Below, one piece after another: positions 59,822 through 64,000 of a stretch of DNA of 64,000 bases. Position numbers and translations under genes: made by a program. The stretch is from Hemiscyllium ocellatum (lineage: Eukaryota), in assembly GCF_020745735.1 (NCBI RefSeq), contig NC_083431.1, positions 15,838,496 through 15,902,495 of the forward strand, read 5' to 3'. The notes beneath the pieces are model-generated. The model was not told the origin of the DNA. It did not search any database and saw nothing but the letters and a program-made list of their open reading frames with translations. Within the stretch, counting starts at the first letter, position 1. Every line of letters starts with the position of its first letter.

Positions 59822-62800
59822 AGGCCAAAGTACATTTTTGCCTGAGCTGGCATCCCAGCTCATAACCTTCTAATCACAATGTTCCTTGCAGTTATAAACC
59901 TACAAACATAACTGTGAAGGTGGTTTAAATTCCCCTTTTGTATGGTTTCTGAAATGTTCTAAAAGCAGATCTCAGACTGAACAACTAGGACTGAGGAAGG
60001 CTATTGTTTATCAAAACTCTTTGGTAACCTCTTCTGTAAAGACATGACAGTTTGAGGTCTGAAGAAAACAATTAAGGCTTTGCCTCCACTTATGTTCTCT
60101 TTTTTGGGGGGACGGAGGGAAATAACCAAAATCATTGTATCTAACATGGCCACTCGGGTTTCCAGTTATTATCAGGTAAAATCAGTAGGCACTTAAACCT
60201 ACAACTGCTCAGATTAATGGTGTTTTTACTCATTCAAATTGAGACCAAACCGTACTTGTTTAGATGTTCGAACATATTCTCTACATGTAAATTATAAACT
60301 AGGTTGCCAAAGTGTACTTTTTATTTTACTATGAAGTTTTGTTGTTCTTATAAGCTGCTCATAATTTGATTTGCAAACAAAGTCCATTGCTGCAATCCAT
60401 CTTGAACAGAATGAGCAGCCCAAAGGAGATTCCATGGAAGTGAAAAAATTACTGTTGAGCCAGTTCTGGCTGTTCCCACACATCTTTATATAGCCATTCC
60501 AGGTTTCATGTTGGCAATACTCGAAACTGGATCACCAACTGTACCCTCAGTCTGATTATTTACTTAAGATGTGAAATTGTGATGAATATTATTAATATGA
60601 ATTAAGATACTTCAAAAACTGATAAATTCACAAGTTAGTGATATGTACTCAAAAATGCAAGGGGAGAATTTGAGATGTTGCTAGTGGACAATTAGTGCAT
60701 CAAAAACATTATTTTGTCTACCAGTGGATTAAAGAGGGATTGAAAAACAGAGCTATTTTAAAAGCCATAGTTAGTTTTGAGCACAAATTATTGCATGATT
60801 TTGTTTAGGTGAGTCAAATAAATCTGCTCTTTCAACAGGAATTGTTCATTTCATGAAGATCCTGCCTTATTGTACACCTGATTTTTAGATTAAGCCTCAG
60901 GATTATCTTTGTTAAATCTCCAGCTTCAAAATATTTTCTATACTTCAGCATATTTGACAAGTTGCAGAGTTCTGGGATAGAAAATCAACACAGCGTTCGG
61001 ATGTAAAAATGCTTCGGTAAAATGATTTTAATCAAAAAGATATTAAATCAAAGTATACTAAAATCAATTGTCAGAATCAATTTTGCTATATTTGTGCATT
61101 TAAATTTAACCCATCTGAAATTGTCCATTTACATTTTTGTTTATGCAACTTTGTAAAAGTAATTTGAACAAGAAATTGTTGTCAGCCTCCATGTATTTCT
61201 AAACTATTCTACACAAAGTTCCTGATTTTAAATTTGCCCATGGTGCAATTAATCAAATATTTGGTCTGTCATTTCACTGTTCAGTTGGTATGGATTATCA
61301 CAAGTTCCATGCTATGCTGCACATGCACAGTTATCATTGATTCAAAAGGATGCAGTGGACTATATTTTAAAACAGACACTTTCAAGCTATTTATCTATGG
61401 TAAAGAATTTTACATAGTGATCTCCTTTCCTGACTATGCAGTCATGTGATGTCACTCTTTGTAGATAAAGAAAGCAAGCAAGCAATGCTTCTCAGCACCA
61501 AAATATCCTAGCAGTGAGCACGTGCAAGGGCATTATTTGTATGGATGAGGCTTTATATCAAGATACAGTCACAATGCTCAGTCATCTTCCTGCTTGACAC
61601 TCTTAAGTTTCCAGTGTTTTATTCTTCCATTATCTAGACCATGTACCCCACTTCCATAATATTGCCTCAGTGTTTCAGTTAATGTGTCACTGAAACCCTC
61701 ATTTTATTGCTTCCAGATTGAATTATTGCAATGCTTTCAGACTGGCCTTCTATTTTCCTCCCTACATAAATTTATGATTCAAATCTCTGTCATTTGAATT
61801 CTAAGCCTCACCATTTTACCATGCTTTACCATCTTCCCTATTCTTGCTGATTGGCGTTGTTTGTTGGTCCATTGAGATTTCCATTAATTCAACTCCTTCA
61901 GTGGATTTTCACTTCTCTTTCTCTGTAACCTCTAGACATTCTACAATCGACGATTCTGCATTCCTCTAACACTGGTCTATGCATTCTAATTCCCTTTACC
62001 ACACCATTAACTATTGTAACTTCAACGGTCTTAAATTCTGGTAATCCTCTCTGCCTCTTCACTCCCCCACCCCTGCCCCCTTTAAGATCTTTAAATCTTG
62101 CCTGATCTCAGTAACGATCACCTTTGAACATATCACCCCAATAAGTGTGTTTCTCAACAGATGTTGTCATTGGATGCTTGATCAGACTAGCAAGCCAGAG
62201 ATTGTGGTAGCCAATCAAGCAATTAATGTTGGATCAGCAAACACTTTAATTGAAATGAGACAAGTAATAACCACCTTTTATGTAGGTAGTAAATTATGTC
62301 ATTTAATTGCTTCAGTTTAATTATCTTTAGATTCTCTTACACACCCACTTACAACCAGCCTCAAAGGTGCATTGGCAGAAGCCCAAAAGCAGGTTACCTA
62401 ACATTACCATGGATTATCTACAGAATAGAGACCTAATTGGAAAAACAAAAGCGGAATGAATGCCCTATTGAGCAGAGTATAACATGTATACACTTTGCCT
62501 CAATTAAACAGAAAACACCAATAATGTGTTAACGTAGAACTAAATTATTGGCAATCCAGGGAAAAGGGCAAAAACATAGGTTCCCTCAACTGATAGTATG
62601 GAGTGCTCCAATGTAGTCTGATAGGTTACACTTTAGAATCAATATTTCAAATGCAGCTTAACCAATTTTAATTCACTTCTCGACCAAAAGAGAGAACGGA
62701 GGCTTTGAAAAAAGTGCCAAATGTGGCAACTAGCTTCATTCACAGTACAAAGCAGTACTTCCCAAATATCTTCCCTATGACCCTATTTCGGGTTTTCATG

Positions 62801-64000
62801 AGAGAGTAATGAGGAAGGGAGAAAGCCTACATTTTCAGAGTGCTATCCCAGTAGGAGTCCCAATTCTCATTTAGAGAAGCCCTGTTATAAAGCATCTTAG
62901 TTATTAAGGCAGGTTGAGAGTTAGGACTCTTAAAAAAATTATGATTATGATCATGAATTAGTTCACAATTTGAAAGGTATGAGGAAGAAATTAATGGTGT
63001 TCTAGATCATAATTTGGTCCTACTAAATGCAGGAGGATTAGGATTGCAGTAGTTCGTATTTTGGTTGAGTATCAGGTAATTCCTTTTGTAAGAGAACAGA
63101 ATCTCTGGAACAGGTTATGAGCTTATGCAGTGCATGCTGACTGGATGAGTTCCTTCAAAGTGACAACTCTATAGCTTCTGATTGCAGCAGAGACCACTTT
63201 TCATAAGAGGTAAGTAGTTCAAGGCAGAATGATCTCCGATTTCTTTCAGTCCTAGTTAGGGTAGTCAGGCATTGTTCTAGTTCTCTGTCACACCAAAAAT
63301 GGCCCATTCTAAAATATTGCTTTTTGTCTCATCAGAATATTATACTTTAAGTGAGATGTAAGTTGTATATATGTAGAGATATACAGTACTGGACATTGCA
63401 ATCAACAGATCAGAGGTATTTTTCAGTCATTCACTCATTGTTCAGTTTTGTAGGCCCCTTTAATCACAGCCCAGCACAGGTTAATTTCTACCTTCTATAA
63501 ATTTGTAGTCAGTCACTATAAACATGATCCCAAAATAGTGCAGAGATCAGCAACAGCAAGATTCTGTAATCTAGCAAACAACCACTGAAAGGTCATATCT
63601 CGTGATAAGTGGAGTTACTGACCTGTACTAGGAATCCAACTGATTACCAAGAGTGTAAAATTTCTCCCTTATAGAAAAACACTTTGTAGAATGTACATAC
63701 ATGTTCCATTAAAATCTTTCATTCATGGGATAAAAAAGCCATCTCTTTTCAGAGTATGAAGATAGCACAAATTATTCACTACAAATTTTAAAAATAAACC
63801 CTCACAAAATAGAATTCAATTTAAAAATACATCTGAATGTTACATGTTTACAAAAGAAAAACACATGGTCTGACTGCTTTAGAATTGAAGTATTCCTCAA
63901 GAATTATTCTCTTCAATAGTTTGTTGTATTCAAAACTTTAGACTGAGTGTATATTGAATTATTAAAAAGTATTTTTCACTAAAAAGTTCCATCTGGCTCT

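Overview
Vertebrate genomic DNA. The repeats (HE1/V-SINEs sharing a 3' tail with HER1-type CR1 LINEs, Deu-type SINE relics, Penelope-like termini) point to a cartilaginous fish, probably a shark (inference). Three spliced genes were built by hand; every junction is GT-AG and phase-consistent. (1) Minus-strand 8-exon tapasin-family gene, CDS join 34447-34402, 32129-31950, 29298-29008, 28718-28380, 27012-26686, 21793-21701, 20990-20974, 19110-19096 (435 aa). It has a signal peptide, tapasin N-domain, IgV, IgC1, TM, a 17-nt micro-exon and a C-terminal KKKPY ER-retrieval motif, with an ISRE about 30 bp upstream of the ATG. (2) Minus-strand 6-exon EXO5, CDS join 53982-53916, 48741-48645, 47417-47152, 46229-46125, 45754-45582, 43474-43007 (391 aa). 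(3) Plus-strand 2-exon LIAT1/C17orf97, join 55045-55216, 59379-59821 (204 aa), head-to-head with EXO5 across a CpG-rich promoter. The main non-coding signal is about a dozen minimal type-I hammerhead ribozyme motifs (CUGANGA-stem II-GAAA-palindromic stem III-UH) in at least three families whose paired positions covary. They ride on short Penelope-like insertions, several of them fold-back elements, with 9-14 bp target-site duplications; one insertion has a paralogous empty site in the window. PLE-linked minimal hammerheads are a known class, so I do not claim a new system, but these copies are invisible to the ORF track and testable. Also present: an 840-bp solo LTR, a Tigger4/Zombi-like MITE and many LINE/SINE fragments. 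No gene could be supported in 1-19 kb or 60-64 kb. Repeat boundaries are approximate unless a TSD or TIR fixes them.
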